Origin: Podarcis muralis
Lineage: Eukaryota
Assembly: GCF_964188315.1 (NCBI RefSeq)
Contig: NC_135668.1
Location: forward strand, 41,664,001-41,728,000
Direction of reading: 5' to 3'
Length of the DNA stretch: 64,000 bases
Shown: in pieces, positions 47,481-59,987 of the stretch
Layout of the letters: each line of letters begins with the position of its first letter
How positions within the stretch are numbered: position 1 is the stretch's first letter
Translations under genes and position numbers: made by a program
Notes under the pieces: generated by a model
The model's database searches: none
Told to the model about the DNA's origin: nothing
What the model saw: only the letters and a program-made list of their open reading frames with translations

Positions 47481-48415
47481 GTTGTTGTTGTTTAGTCGTT
47501 TAGTCGTGTCCGACTCTTCGTGACCCCATGGACCAGAGCACGCCAGGCACTTCTGTCTTCCACTGCCTCCCGCAGTTTGGTCAAACTCATGCTGGTAGCT
47601 TCAAAGACACTATCCAACCATCTCGTCCTCTGTCACCCCCTTCTCCTTGTGCCCTCCATCTTTCCCAACATCAGGGTCTTTTCCAGGAAGTCTTCTCTTC
47701 TCATGAGGTGGTCAAAGTATTGGAGCCTCAGCTTCACGATCTGTCCTTCCAGTGAGCACTCAGGGCTGATTTCCTTAAGAATGGATCGGTTTGATCTTCT
47801 TGCAGTCCATGGGACTCTCAAGAGTCTCCTCCAGCACCATAATTCAAAAGCATCAATTTTTTGGCGATCAGCCTTCTTTATGGTCCAGCTCTCACTTCCA
47901 TACATCACTACTGGGAAAACCATAGCTTTTACTATACGGACCTTTGTTGGTAAGGTGATGTCTCTACTTTTTAAGATGCTGTCTAGGTTTGTCATTGCTT
48001 TCCTTCCAAGAAGCAGGCGTCTCTTAATTTCGTGGCTGCTGTCACCATCTGCAGTGATCATGGAGCCCAAGAAAGTGAAATCTCTCGCTGCCTCCATTTC
48101 TTCCCCTTCTATTTGCCAGGAGGTGATGGGCCCAGTGGCCATGATCTTCGTTTTTTTGATGTTGAGCTTCAGACCATATTTTGCGCTCTCCTCTTTCACC
48201 TTCAATAAAAGGTTATTTAATTCCTCCTCACTTTCTGCCATCAAGGTTGTGTCATCTGCATATCTGAGGTTGTTGATATTTCTTCCAGCAATCTTAATTC
48301 CGGCTAGGGATTCATCCAGCCCAGCCTTTCGCATGATGAATTCTGCATATAAGTTAAATAACCAGGGAGACAAAATACAACCTTGTCGTACTCCTACAAC
48401 CTTGTCGTACAGGAG
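47481..48415 (-). mobile_element. RTE-BovB LINE, 5'-truncated, with intact RT C-terminal ORF
   Basis: ORF 47633-48373 has GVRQGC, NINNLRYADDTTLMAESEEEL and FELWCWRRLLRVPWTARRSN; 3' tail (CGACTAAA)(CAA)n. Confidence 0.93.
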
Positions 48416-48611
48416 AGCAATCCTGAAGCCATTTTGACTCTTCCCAAGTAGACCTCAAATATTTCTCTGCAAGGAGGAAGGAAAATGGGAAAAGCTTTCC
48501 AATTGTCCTTGGGCTGTAGGGGCTTACACCTCCCTGCAAATAAAGTCTGGCAAAGTATCTGTTAAGCTGAGCAAACTATCAATATGTGTAGGAGATTCAG
48601 GAAATAAAGTC

Positions 48612-50450
48612 TTTGGCGATCACTCGTAGTCAAGTAAGATTGTCTTCCATGAAGTGAGTCCATAAGTGGCTTTGGAGAACAATTCTCAATCCATGCATTC
48701 TTTCACAGTGGGGACGTAGGTTTCCGGGTGGGAGTTGATCACGGTGAGGATTTGCGAAATGTGCCTTCCTCTTAGCACGTTTCTCCCTTGCGTCCTGAGT
48801 TTGAGTGTCTTCAAAGTCCATGACACCTTTGGTAAAGGCTGGTCTCCAATTGGAGCTCTCACAGGCCAGTGTTTACTAATTATCAGTGTTTATACTACAT
48901 TTTTAGAGATTTGCCTTGAGACAGTCTTTAAACCTCTTGTGTTGACCACCAGCATTACGCTTTCCATTTTAAAGTTTGGAATAGAGTAGTTGCTTTGGAA
49001 GACGATAAGCAGGCATCCAAACAACATGACCAGTCCAGTGAAGTTGATGTTGAAGAATTATTGCTTTGACACTGGTGATCTTTGTTTCTTCCAGAACACT
49101 GGCATTAGTTCACCTGTCTTCCCAAGTGATGTGTAATTTTTTTCAGAGACACCATTGATGGAATCTTTTGAGGAGTTGGAGATAGTGGTCCATGTTTCAC
49201 AAGCGTACAGTAAGGTTGGTAGTACAATAGCTTTGTAAACAAGCATGTTGGTTTCCCTGTGAATGTCCCAGTCCACAAACACTCTGTACTTCAATCGGGA
49301 GAAAGCTACACTCGCAGAAATTGGGCGATACTGGATTTTGGCATCAATGTCGGCCCTTGTGGAAAGCCCAGGTAGGAGAAGTGATCAACACTTTGCAACG
49401 TTACACCATTGAATTGGATTTGTGGCACTGCAGAGGGGTTGTTTTGTGCTTGTTGGTGCAACACTTTGGTTTGGAAGTTGAGTGATAGGCCAAGCTTTTC
49501 ATAAGCTTTTGCGAAGATATTTAGGATGGTTTGGAGGTCAGCCTCTGAGTGTGCACACACTATGTTGTCATCAGCATACTGAAGCTCTATGATGGAAGTT
49601 ACGGTAACCTTACTCTTTGCTTTCAGCCTATTCAGGGTAAAGAGCTTTCCATGTGTTCGATATGATTTCTACTCCAGTGGGGAGTTTCCCTTCGACAAAG
49701 TGTAGGATCATGGCAATGAAAATAATGAATAGAGTTGGAGCGATAACACAACCCTGTTTAACACCTGATCCCACTGTGAATGGTCCACTTTGAGAGTCAT
49801 TTTTATCTGTGATTGTTGATGTCATATTATCATGGAGGAGCCAAAGAGTGTTCACAAATTTATCTGGGCAGCCAGATTTCAGAAGGACAGTCTGCAGGGC
49901 ATTACGATTTACAGTGTTGAAGGCCTTAGTCAGGTCAATAAATGGCATATACAGGGGTTGGTTTTGCTCTCTGCATTTTTCTTGAAGCTATCGAGCAATG
50001 AAAATCATGTCCACTGACCCCCCCAAAGGTCGAAAACCATTCTGGGATTCAGGAAGGGTAGTCTTGGATATTGTTAGGAGGCAGTTTGCTAAGATCTTTG
50101 CAATAATTTTGCCGGCCACAGCTAATAAAGAGATGCCTTGATGGTTTCCGCAATCAGTTCTCTTACCTATTCTAAAGAGATGGATAATTTTGGCTAAAGT
50201 CTGCTGGGATCTCCTCTTTCTCCCAGATTTTTCGATACACTTGTGAAGTTGTTGTGTAAGTTCAATTCCACACACTTTGAAGACTTTGGCATGTATTCCA
50301 TCAGGTCCACCGGCTTTGTTGTTTTTTCATTTGGTTAAAAGCTGTACACAGCTCTCCCAGATTTACTGCAAGCTCATCTCTAGTATGTTTTTGCGGAATT
50401 TGTGAGAGGACCTCAGCAGCTACGGGGGAGTTGCTGTTAAGCAAAGACGT
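48612..50450 (-). mobile_element. Older RTE-clade LINE, frameshifted
   Basis: Fragments FIDLTKAFNTVNR, GVKQGCVIAPTLF, QGISLLAVAGKI and PTLLYACETW are spread across frames. Confidence 0.85.
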
Positions 50451-50649
50451 AGGAAGGGGGGCAGGGGGATGTACTGCCCCAGGTGTCATTGCTGAGGGGG
50501 GTGACATTCGGCATGCCACCCATGACTCCCAAGCCTACCCCAAGCCGTCGGGGGAAGGGGGGAGCTGCGCCGCTTTGTCTTCATTTTGACAGCCCAGGGG
50601 AGGCTTGGGAGTTGCAGGCGGGTGGCGTGCCCGGGTGTGAACTCTGCTC

Positions 50650-50830
50650 CTGATAGATGGTCCAGAAGGGCTCCATGATCCATGGTGTCAACAGCTGATG
50701 AAAGATCTAGTAAGAGGCACATGGTCACAATCCCCCTGGACCTCTCCCAACAGAGGTCACCCACCAGGCTCACCAAGGTATGCTCAGTCCTGAATCCAGA
50801 TTGAAATGGATCTAGATCATTGGTTCCCAA
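50650..50830 (-). mobile_element. L2/CR1-group RT fragment
   Basis: Translation DLDPFQSGFR...LLLDLSSAVDTMDHGALLDHL. Confidence 0.65.
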
Positions 50831-52112
50831 AGTGGACAGTACTGCCCTCTAGTGTGTGGTGGGATGCTAAGAGGCAAGGATGTGGCAGTGGAGGTGGACC
50901 CCTTATTTACAACTGACCAGGTTTGAGCCTAGAGTGAGACACCTTCCTCACTTCATATTTACTACTCTTAGCACTTTTCAGAGCTATTCCCTTTGGTCAC
51001 ATTTTTATTTATAATTCTGAGTTGGCACAAGTCACAAGATAGCCAATTATTGGCCATAGCTATTTTTTCCTTATACTGGAGGGGATAATAGCAGGAATGA
51101 AGCACTGAATTCAGCAAGAAAGTGCTTCCCACTTATATGTTTATAGAAACGATAAACGGCAGTTTGGACTTGCTTTCAGCCAGATGGCACAGTGCCCACG
51201 TAAACCTCCAGTACAGGTATACAGATGCTTGGGACATTCTGTAGGACTGCACTCAAGCAAAGATCCACATGTTCCAGACCGACTGTTCCAAGCTACAGGT
51301 TGTTATTTCTTCCAAGATTAACAGGAACTCAGCAGAGTAATCATTCTTCCTAAGACTTTTGACATCTAAACATAAGAAAACAGTTGGCAGCTCCCCTCTT
51401 GCCCCAGTAAATCACAACAGTGGAGCATCAGGTAGGGTTGTATATGGATCAAAATAGGCATAGCGTATGAGTTTGTGAGTGAATCTGTCAATTTTGGTTT
51501 CTTTCAGTTTCTCATTTTATCCCACCTTGAATTCTGTTCTCTGTTTTCCCCCATCAATTTACAATAAAAAAAAAGTTATATTGAAAATCCATCAGCATTT
51601 TAGTGCAATTCTCTTAAAATACTATTTTTAAAAGATAATGTTGCCTATTATGCACACTTTTGCAAAGCAATTTCCCCTAATGTGATTCATTTTTGTATGC
51701 TGATTCCACTAACATATGCATTTTTCTGCACACATTTCTTGGCTGCAGAACTGCATTGCAAAACTCTATGCAAATTTCTATGGCCGGCTGTATTTCGGTT
51801 CACATATTGTTTCAGAAAGAGCAAATTAATTAGACTCACCTTCGTATGTCAGTGCACTCCTTTCATCTAATATTGGAGGCTGGAGCCAGCCGGCAAGCCA
51901 GATCTTTATTTCCCTCACCTGCTGCAGGTCACATCTGGCAGGTGGGCAAGGCTACCCACCTGTCAACCAGCGGATGACACAATGACATCAGATGAGGCAC
52001 TTTTTGCCTGCATGGCTTGAAACGGTGTAGGCAAAGGCACGGCACTTTCCAAGCCTGACCCCTGTAGCTAGCAAAGCCACTTGCACAGAACTATCCAAGC
52101 TCCGAGTCATAA

Positions 52113-52272
52113 CATGGAATCATAGAATGGTATTGCAAAGTTGGAAGGGGCACTGAGAATCATCTAGTCCAACCCCCTGCAATGCAGGAATCTGCAACTG
52201 GACAATACAGGGATCGAACCTGCAACCTTGGTGTTATCAGCACCACACTCTAATCAACTGAGCTATCCAGGC
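52113..52272 (-). mobile_element. SINE with tRNA-Ile-like head and CR1-type tail
   Basis: Minus strand TAGCTCAGTTGATTAGAGTGTGGTGCTGATAACACCAAGGTTGCAGGTTCGATCCC is fused to GGGTTGGACTAGATGA...TTCTATGATTC. A decayed sister copy is at about 45396-45510 (+). Confidence 0.7.
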
Positions 52273-54136
52273 TGATATACATAAATCTCTGCATCTGTAT
52301 TGGAATTGTTTCTATTTATTTATTTTTAAATCAAATTGTTTATTGCTTGTTGCATGCCACCCTGTCCTACTTTAAGAAGAATAGTGGAATATCAATTCAA
52401 TAATAATAGTATTTATAATGTAATATAATATACCGGTACCTATATCACACTTTCATTCCACCCTTTTTCTCCAAGGAGCATAGATAGGAGCACCATCCTA
52501 TGCTTTTTCATATATTGTTACTTTTGGGATTGCATTTGTTTATTAAAAATACTTTCTGTCCTGCCTTTCAGCTCTCAGTGCCATACCTCATTTGAATGAC
52601 ACATTTTCTCAAAGCAGAGTATACGGTTTCCACCAGCCCATTTCGAGGTAGGCTACACTGAGAAAGTGAGGTCGACTAGTCTAAATGAGGTCTTGAACTC
52701 AGGCCATTCTGCTATTTCTGTGGCAGGAATTGGCATAGTGGTTAAACACAAGCTACCACAAATATATTAAATGAACATAAAAGCATAACCGCTGCAGTGT
52801 TTACATAGTACATTCATGGGCTACAGATAGGTGGAAGCTTGTGTTTAAAGCGACTCAGACTGCATGCAGTCTTGCTCGTGGTTAGAAATGTTCAGCTAGG
52901 AGAGAACTTGTAGGAACACCATGTGGTGTTAAAGCAGTGCTGTTCAAACCAGGGTCCTGTGAGCATCTGCAGGAACACAGGAAACTGCACTTAAGTGGAA
53001 TCAAATGCTGTGGTGGATCTAGCTCAATATTGTTGACAAGCTGGTAGCAGTTCTTCAGGGTTTCAGACACAAGTCTTTTTTTCCAGTCTAGAGACAGTGG
53101 AGGCTGGTCCATTAGGGCAAGTGGGGCACTGCCCCCCTTCCGCCAACCCCACCTTCAGCCAAACCCCAGCTGCCTGCCTTCTTTCTTACAACCAGTTCAG
53201 GAGGTGGCACTGACTGTCAGTTTCCTCTTCCTTAGTCTTAGTCGTGCCTTTCTAGATCTCAGTGGGGCAGGAGTGACAACTTGAATAAAACATTGTGGGG
53301 CCCAGGTAAGCCCCGCCCCGCAAAATTGATCACATGACGCAGTGCACATAAACCATTTGAATGGGAATGCCCATCAACTTTGTGGGGGCTTGGTCCCCTC
53401 AATTATTTTATTGTGGAGGCCAAAGCCCCCAAGACCACTAGGCGTTGGCTCCTATGCAACGGGGCTTACTTCTGAACAGATGTGCCTAGGATTGCACACT
53501 TCCCTTTTGAGCCAGCCACCCTGAAGAGCATCCAGCCCAACAGGCGAGATTCTGAGGATTATGGGCTGAGAGTGGGATTTTACTGCTGGTGTGCTCTGGT
53601 ATAGATGCTTGAATTCCAAAGCTGCAGACCTCTGGTAGATGTAATTGAGAAACGTAGGCTACGACCCTGTACACGCTTCCCTGGGAGTAAGCCAGTGAAC
53701 TCCGTGGGTAGTGTCTGAGTAGACACACATTGGCTTGCAGCATTGAATGCTAAGCTTCTGTTTGGTTCACCAGGGACATGAGCTATGGGTTGTATCCAGT
53801 ATCCATCCTGCTCAGAGTAGTAGAGCCCTCAGAACTGATGGACAAGGTTAGCTTAGGGCCACTAATTTCAGCAGGTCTTCTCTGAGTAGAACTTAGTTGG
53901 TTACAGCCCCCCAAAATGTAGGGATGATCATCAGAAGAATGGCAGATTAAGTTGATGGATTATGCCGAAATGGCTAAAATGACCGGAAGAATCAGAAATC
54001 AAGACCAAAATTTTAATAAGGAATGGGGGAAATTTATTATTTATCTTAAAAACCATTGTAAACAGCTAACGTTGTTACTAGGTGAATTTTTAATGGTGAA
54101 TTTCGGACATAATGGAGATGTAAAAGATTTGGATTA

Positions 54137-54362
54137 CAGTGGTACCTTAGGTTAAGTACTTAATTCGTTTCGGAGGTCTGTTCTTAACCTGAAACTGTTC
54201 TTAACCTGAAGCACCACTTTAGCTAATGGGGCCTCCCGCTGCTGCTGCACCGCCGGAGCACAATTTCTGTTCTCATCCTGCAGCAAAGTTCTTAACTTGA
54301 AGCACTATTTCTGGGTTAGTGGAGTCTGTAACCTGAAGCGTATGTAACCTGAGGTACCACTG
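54137..54362. mobile_element. Tigger-like MITE
   Basis: TIRs CAGTGGTACCTTAGGTTA / TAACCTGAGGTACCACTG with TA TSD. Confidence 0.88.
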
Positions 54363-54512
54363 TATTGTAAAAGATGCAGGAGGAAATGATTAACAGTAGG
54401 ACCCACAAAGGGGAGGAGGGGAGTCCAGGAGATTCCTTGGAATCTTGTTTTTATGTTGTATGTTAGAAATGTGATTGTAAAATTTCAATCTGAAAAACCA
54501 AATAAATAAATT

Positions 54513-54540
54513 TAATAATAATAATAATAAATAATAATAA
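54513..54540. repeat. (AAT)n microsatellite
   Basis: Read directly; one interruption. Confidence 0.85.
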
Positions 54541-55059
54541 AACCCAATTTGGGTGACTTTAAGAGATTAGACAACTTCATGAAGGAATGGGCTCATCAAT
54601 GGCAAGTTTTTCGACCACCCACTGAGGCGTTGGCGTGTACATAGTACAAGTACATAGTACAGTATCGACGCAACACAGCAACGTTTCTCCGTGTCTCCTG
54701 TGGTTTTATATTGCCTACTCACGTTGAATAGCACAGACCTCGGACAAAGAATGAATGCGTATAGTTATGCGGAAATGTGAACACGCCAGTGAAAACATGC
54801 AGCAGGTTAAGCATCAGGCAAAGCACGGGGGGGGGAGTGGACTTTCGTTGCAATTACTGCTAGCAAACCTTCAGCTGAGCTTCAAGGGGGAAATCCCGGG
54901 GTTTGGATGCAGGAATGGAGATTGCCCCCCAGAGCTGCTGTAACCTCAGCTGCCCGGACGAGACGTTCCTTTAACGCACCACCTTTGTGTGTTGCGACTG
55001 TGCCTTTGCGGGGCAGTGGGTGGGTTGCTGCTGGGGACGAGGGCAGCTTAAGGTGTCGG

Positions 55060-55294
55060 TACCTGCTGATCTGCCGGGGGCGGAACCCTTCCCTCTCTCC
55101 ACCCGCCACCCCCACCCCTTGCCTGGGATTCTCTGCCAGCCACTTCCTGAGAAAGCAGCAGCCCAAGAAGAGGACCAGAATGATGACTTGAGCGGAGCTT
55201 GCAACATTCCAGCAAAACCTTCCCGCTGCGGGCCGGATCCACTAGCCGGCTGCTGCATCCCTGAGTGGAGAGGAGAGCCGGCTCCTTCCAAGAG
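55060..55294 (+). promoter_or_regulatory. Candidate promoter and non-coding first exon of the plus-strand gene (probably TMC5)
   Basis: Small CpG-enriched patch with a GC box (GGGGCGG at about 55077), ending in a strong donor AAGAG|GTAAGA at 55294/55295. TSS unknown. Confidence 0.5.
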
Positions 55295-56934
55295 GTAAGA
55301 AGCCACGACATCATTTACTACTTCCTTGTCTGTTTCAGGACTTGTTTCTCTCCCCCCTTGTTTATACCGCGTGGGTGGTCTTACAGGAGAACCTCTTTCC
55401 CTTCCTGGCGCTTCCCACGGCTTCATGGGCATCCGCAGGGGGCGTGGACGAGGGGGCTCCCTCCCCAGATACTCCGCTTTCTGTTCTTAAAAAGCTTAAT
55501 TTTCTAGCATTTGTAGAGTCTGAGTTACGAGAAGAAATGTGCAGGCAGCATTCTTTCTTTTTCCCCTTTTGCTGAGAAACTAGCCTACTCCCACCTGTCT
55601 GCTATCACTTTGTAGTTTTTAAAAAATCGTCAGGACGCCCACGCAGAGCTTCCTTACTCTTTCACCTCTCTCTTTGCCAGGGTCTCCATGTAAAGGGCTG
55701 ACTTGGTACCAGTGGTAGCCCCAAAATACAAAGAGACCTAGAGACCTTAAACACACTCAAACACATTATACAGATAAAAATATAGGTGTCCACAGAGGTG
55801 GGAAATGGAGACTGTTGCTCCCCCTGGAAAACCCTAACCCCCGGATTCCCAGGTTTCATTAAAACAAAACAGAGAAAAGGATTAAGTTTCTAGCTTTTCT
55901 ACAACCCCAGATCTGATGCAAACTCTTACAAGCATTATTCTTACTGAGAAACTAGTCTGCTTCACACTTTCATTGTTATACTTTCTCTTTCCTCCAATTC
56001 CCCCCCCCCCCAGGACACCCCCTCTTGTGTGTGCTTGTGTATTGTATGTATTTTGTAGTATTTTGTGTGTGTGAGTGTTTTATCAGGGAGTTTAGGATAT
56101 AGAAGCTATCAGTTAGGAAGTACAGAAAGAACACAGTGACTGGTTAGATTTTTGAAAGATGTATTTAACTTTAACACTCCCATCCTAGATGTGTTTTTGG
56201 GAAGTTGGCCCTATTGAGTTTGATGAGTGCTTGTTTGTTAAAGTGATTTGTAATAAAAAACTCTTCCTGCTTTAAAGAAAAATTCTGAACTTCCTTTTTG
56301 CTCCCAAAGGATCTGTGTAATTTTTATAATCCACCTTTGGACATTTAGTCAATAAGGAAGTGAACAACAGCATAATGTTCTGATGGGGGTGGGAATTTTC
56401 AGCGAGGCTGATTAGCGAACATTAGTATCAACAGCTATAAGTATGCCAAGGTCTTTGAAAAGAGCAGGATAGGATAATAAAACCACTTAGAGCTTTTATT
56501 AAAATAAAGTGTTGTGAAATAAAATAAAATAGCGTAGCTGTTATCCTTGCTGATGGACAGATAACTTTAAAAAAACAGGTTCCAATTTATTTTCTCAGTA
56601 TTATAAAATCTTAAAATTCGGTTGCAGCTGAATAAATTCAAAACTACGTATATAAACACAAGTGCTTGCACATGTAAACTTAGTGCTTGCTTTATTGTAG
56701 AAGGAGTTTTATGTAATATGTTATTCTTCCTTATCAGTTAACTGCAATGTTTATGCTAACAGGTGGTGCCCCAAGGCAAATAAAGTGTCTAGTCCTTGTA
56801 GAAATCGATAGGATTTTAACATACTTAGCAGCACACGTCCTGTCTCCTTCTGAAGTGCCTGGCTGGAATGTGTCATCTAATTGTGACACATCCTCCTCTG
56901 GATGGAAGATAGTCTAGATTTTGTATTTATATAT

Positions 56935-57225
56935 TTAAAGCGGTATTGTACCACTTTAAATAGTCATTGCTTCTCCCAAATAATCCTAAAAACTGTAGTT
57001 TGTTGAGGGTGATGAAAGTTGTCAGGAGCTACAATTCCCAGAACGGTTTAACAGTCTATCCCTCTGCCAAGGGAATTCTGGGAATTGTAGCTCTGGGTGG
57101 GGAATAGGAGTCTCCTAACAACTCTCAGCACCCTTAACAAATTGCAGTTCCCAGGATTATTTGGGGGAACCTATGACTGTTTAAAGTGGAGTGATACTGC
57201 TTTAAATGTATAGTGCAGATGAGGC
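56935..57225. repeat. Abundant roughly 150-290 bp inverted-end repeat family (MITE-like)
   Basis: Arms ATTTAAAGC...AACTGTAGTTT / AGTTCCCAGGATT...CTTTAAAT. Partial copies at about 7715-7920, 10880-11100, 42590-42740, 57915-58065, 58650-58800 and 59500-59675. Confidence 0.65.
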
Positions 57226-57241
57226 CTAATGTAAGAGTATA

Positions 57242-57624
57242 GGGACGCGGCTGGCGCTGTGGTCTAAACCACTGAGCCTCTTGGGCTTGCTGATTGGAAG
57301 GTCGGCGATTCGAATCCCCATGAGGGGGTGAACTCCCGTTGCTCTGTCCCAGCTCCTGCCAACCTAGCAGTTTGAAAGCACGCCAGTGCAAGGAGATAAA
57401 TAGGTACTGCTGCGGCAGGAAGGTAAATGTTGTTTACGTGCGCTCTGGCACTCGTCACGGTCATCCGTACACCAGTAGCGGTTTAGTCATGCTGGCCACA
57501 TGACCCGGAAAGCTGTCTATGGACAAACGTCAGCTCCCTCGGCCTGAAAGCGAGATGAGCACCGCAACCCTATAGTCGCTTTTGACTGGACTTAACCGTC
57601 CAGGCGTCTTTTACCTTTTACTTT
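57242..57624 (+). mobile_element. Sauria SINE, full length
   Basis: GGGACGCGG head, B-box-like GATTCGAATCC, ACCTTTT tail, TSD TAATGTAAGAG on both sides. Confidence 0.9.
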
Positions 57625-59844
57625 AATGTAAGAGCCACATCTGTTGCTCCACTTACTTTTCCATCTTCCTCTATCTATATTTTGTCTCTGACCACACCCG
57701 CCACTTCAGTGTGACCCCAAGAAAGATGCTCACGAGGGAATGTGGCTTTCAGGCTGAAGAAAAACTTCCCTGTACCTGGGGTACAGGATTGCAATTTGCA
57801 GCTTTAACTTTCTCTGCTGCATTCATCTTGGACCTCCAGCCTTGGGAGATGGGAAATTCAGGCATCTGCCTAAGCCCACCCCCAGCAGGATCCCCACAAC
57901 CATAATCTTCTCACTGTTTAAAGCAGATTTAAAGAACATGACTTCCCCCAAAGAATCCTGGCAACTGTAGTTTGCTAAGGGTGCTGGGTATTGCGTCTCT
58001 ATGAGGGGTGAACTCCAGTTCCCATAATTCCTTTTTGGCTTTAAAAGTGCTTTAAATGTACAGTGTGGATATGAGCTGGCTGCTATTCATGGTGGCTAGC
58101 TCAAGTGGATGGGCTTGTAGATTGGGATAAAGACTGCTCTGAAGGTTGTGGGGGAGCCCTTGGAAAGCCTGGCTCCCACCACATGTCTGCTCTAATCAGC
58201 ATGAGCATCATGCTCTCAGGAATCAAGGTGCGCAGAACAGGATCTGAACTCAGGTGAGCTCTCCTTACTTTATGGGCAATTTCCGCACCTGGCTGCCAAC
58301 CTACCCACTTAGAAACTTTGGAAGATGCCCAATGGTAGGGCTGGCTCTGTACTTCTATGAGGATTAACTTTCAGCCTCAGTTTTCCTTCCATCTAGAAGC
58401 CTACCTTAACTGTATTTTTATGGGGAAGAACATGATAAAGGCTGTGAACCATATTATTTCACAACTGTCCTTCTGAAAACAGCACCCCTTGGCACTTCAC
58501 TACTTGCCAAACTCAGGATACTTCTTTAGCGTTAGTGGAACATTTTTATTTGCCCCGTAGTAACAGAAACCTAGAAGGTAGTCTGTGGAGAAAAAGCCTA
58601 TTTCTCCGTAAATCAAGGTGTGGTTACTAATACCTCTATCTCTCGCTGTGTATATGCTATATCTTTAAAGCACATTTCCCTCCTCTAGGAATTCTGGGCA
58701 ATGTAGTTTGTTGAGTGTGGCTGGGAATTGTAACTCTATGAGGGGTAGACTACAGCAACCAGAATTTTTGGAGGGGGAAAATGTGCTTCGAATATATGCA
58801 GCATGACTGTTTGCTGAGGGCCAAATCAATTTCTGGGAGGGGGCTGGGCACGTGGGGGTGCAGTTGTGTGGGAGAAGGCAGTCAAAAGTGGGTGGGCAAT
58901 GGAGGTAAATCTAGGCTATTTTTTACACACCTTGGTGTGACTGAGAAGATGTGTGGCGTGGAGAGAGTCCAAAGGACCAAAGAGAGAAGGAAGCCTGTGG
59001 TTCAGCCCTCCTGATCTATCTTAATGGGAAATAGTTTTCTAAAAAGATACCATGGTTGCAGAGATTGCTAATCCAATTGCTGTGTTCTTTAAAAGCAAAC
59101 AGAGAATCCATATATTTTAATTTCCTCTCCTTCCTGCTCCAAATGAACTTGGTCGGTGAAGATCTTGAAAGCGATACATCTCATTAAATTATAACCTGGA
59201 ACTGGTAGCAAACACAGTATTCAGTTCGATGTAACCTGAGAAGCAAAAGAGCCTCGCTCTTTGTTGATTCTGATGGCTCAGGCTATTACTTTGAGGTTGC
59301 AGTTTCTCGCTGCTCAAGTTGGCTGAGAACATTCTGAAAGCAATAAAGTGAATGAGCTAAAATAAATAAATACCCAGAGCCAGTGAAGCTACATGTCTAT
59401 AGCAGGGACAAGGAAGAACGACCTTAAATGAGTCCAGAGAAATATACCTTGCCCCTTCTGTGCCCCCCCTTTCTTTTCTGGCTCAGCCATTGCCCTCCTT
59501 TCCCTCACAGAGCTTCCCAGAGAACTCTGGGAATTGTCATTGTAGGGTGACAATGGGGTCTCTCCCAACAATTCTCAGCACCTTTAGCAAACTGTAGCTC
59601 CTAGGATTTTTTTTTTTTGGGGGGGGGGGGAAGCGGTGGCTCTTTAAGGTGGTGTGATACTGCTTCAAATGTATGGGGCAGGTAGGATATATAGGAGGGG
59701 AGGGAACATTGCAAAGGGACTCCTTGATCCTGGAGCTTGTCCTGTTTGTTTTGACCTCGGTGATTAAATCACTTAATAATAGCATGATGTGCTAAGGCGG
59801 TATACCGACTGAGGGCAAAATGACACACTTTATTTAACTAAATG

Positions 59845-59936
59845 ATTGAATTTGACAAGTTTGCGTGTGTACGTTTGAAAGTAAAAGAAAGTAGCTGGTA
59901 CATACATATGACCAGCTACTTTATTTTTCTTTCAAA

Positions 59937-59971
<35 letters not shown>

Positions 59972-59987
59972 ACATGTCAAATTCAAT
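59845..59987. repeat. Long inverted repeat with a (CA)n expansion in one arm
   Basis: Inner arms 59865-59899 and 59911-59945 are complementary at 33 of 35 positions; outer arms ATTGAATTTGACA / TGTCAAATTCAAT. Confidence 0.9.

Noticed and set aside
47520-48437. 305-aa plus-strand ORF
   Set aside because: Antisense shadow of the BovB reverse transcriptase ORF.
52195-52272. tRNA-Ile-like sequence as a tRNA gene
   Set aside because: Stems are mismatched and it is fused to a CR1-type tail with a sister copy at about 45400, so it is a SINE head. The same applies to the other tRNA-like heads.
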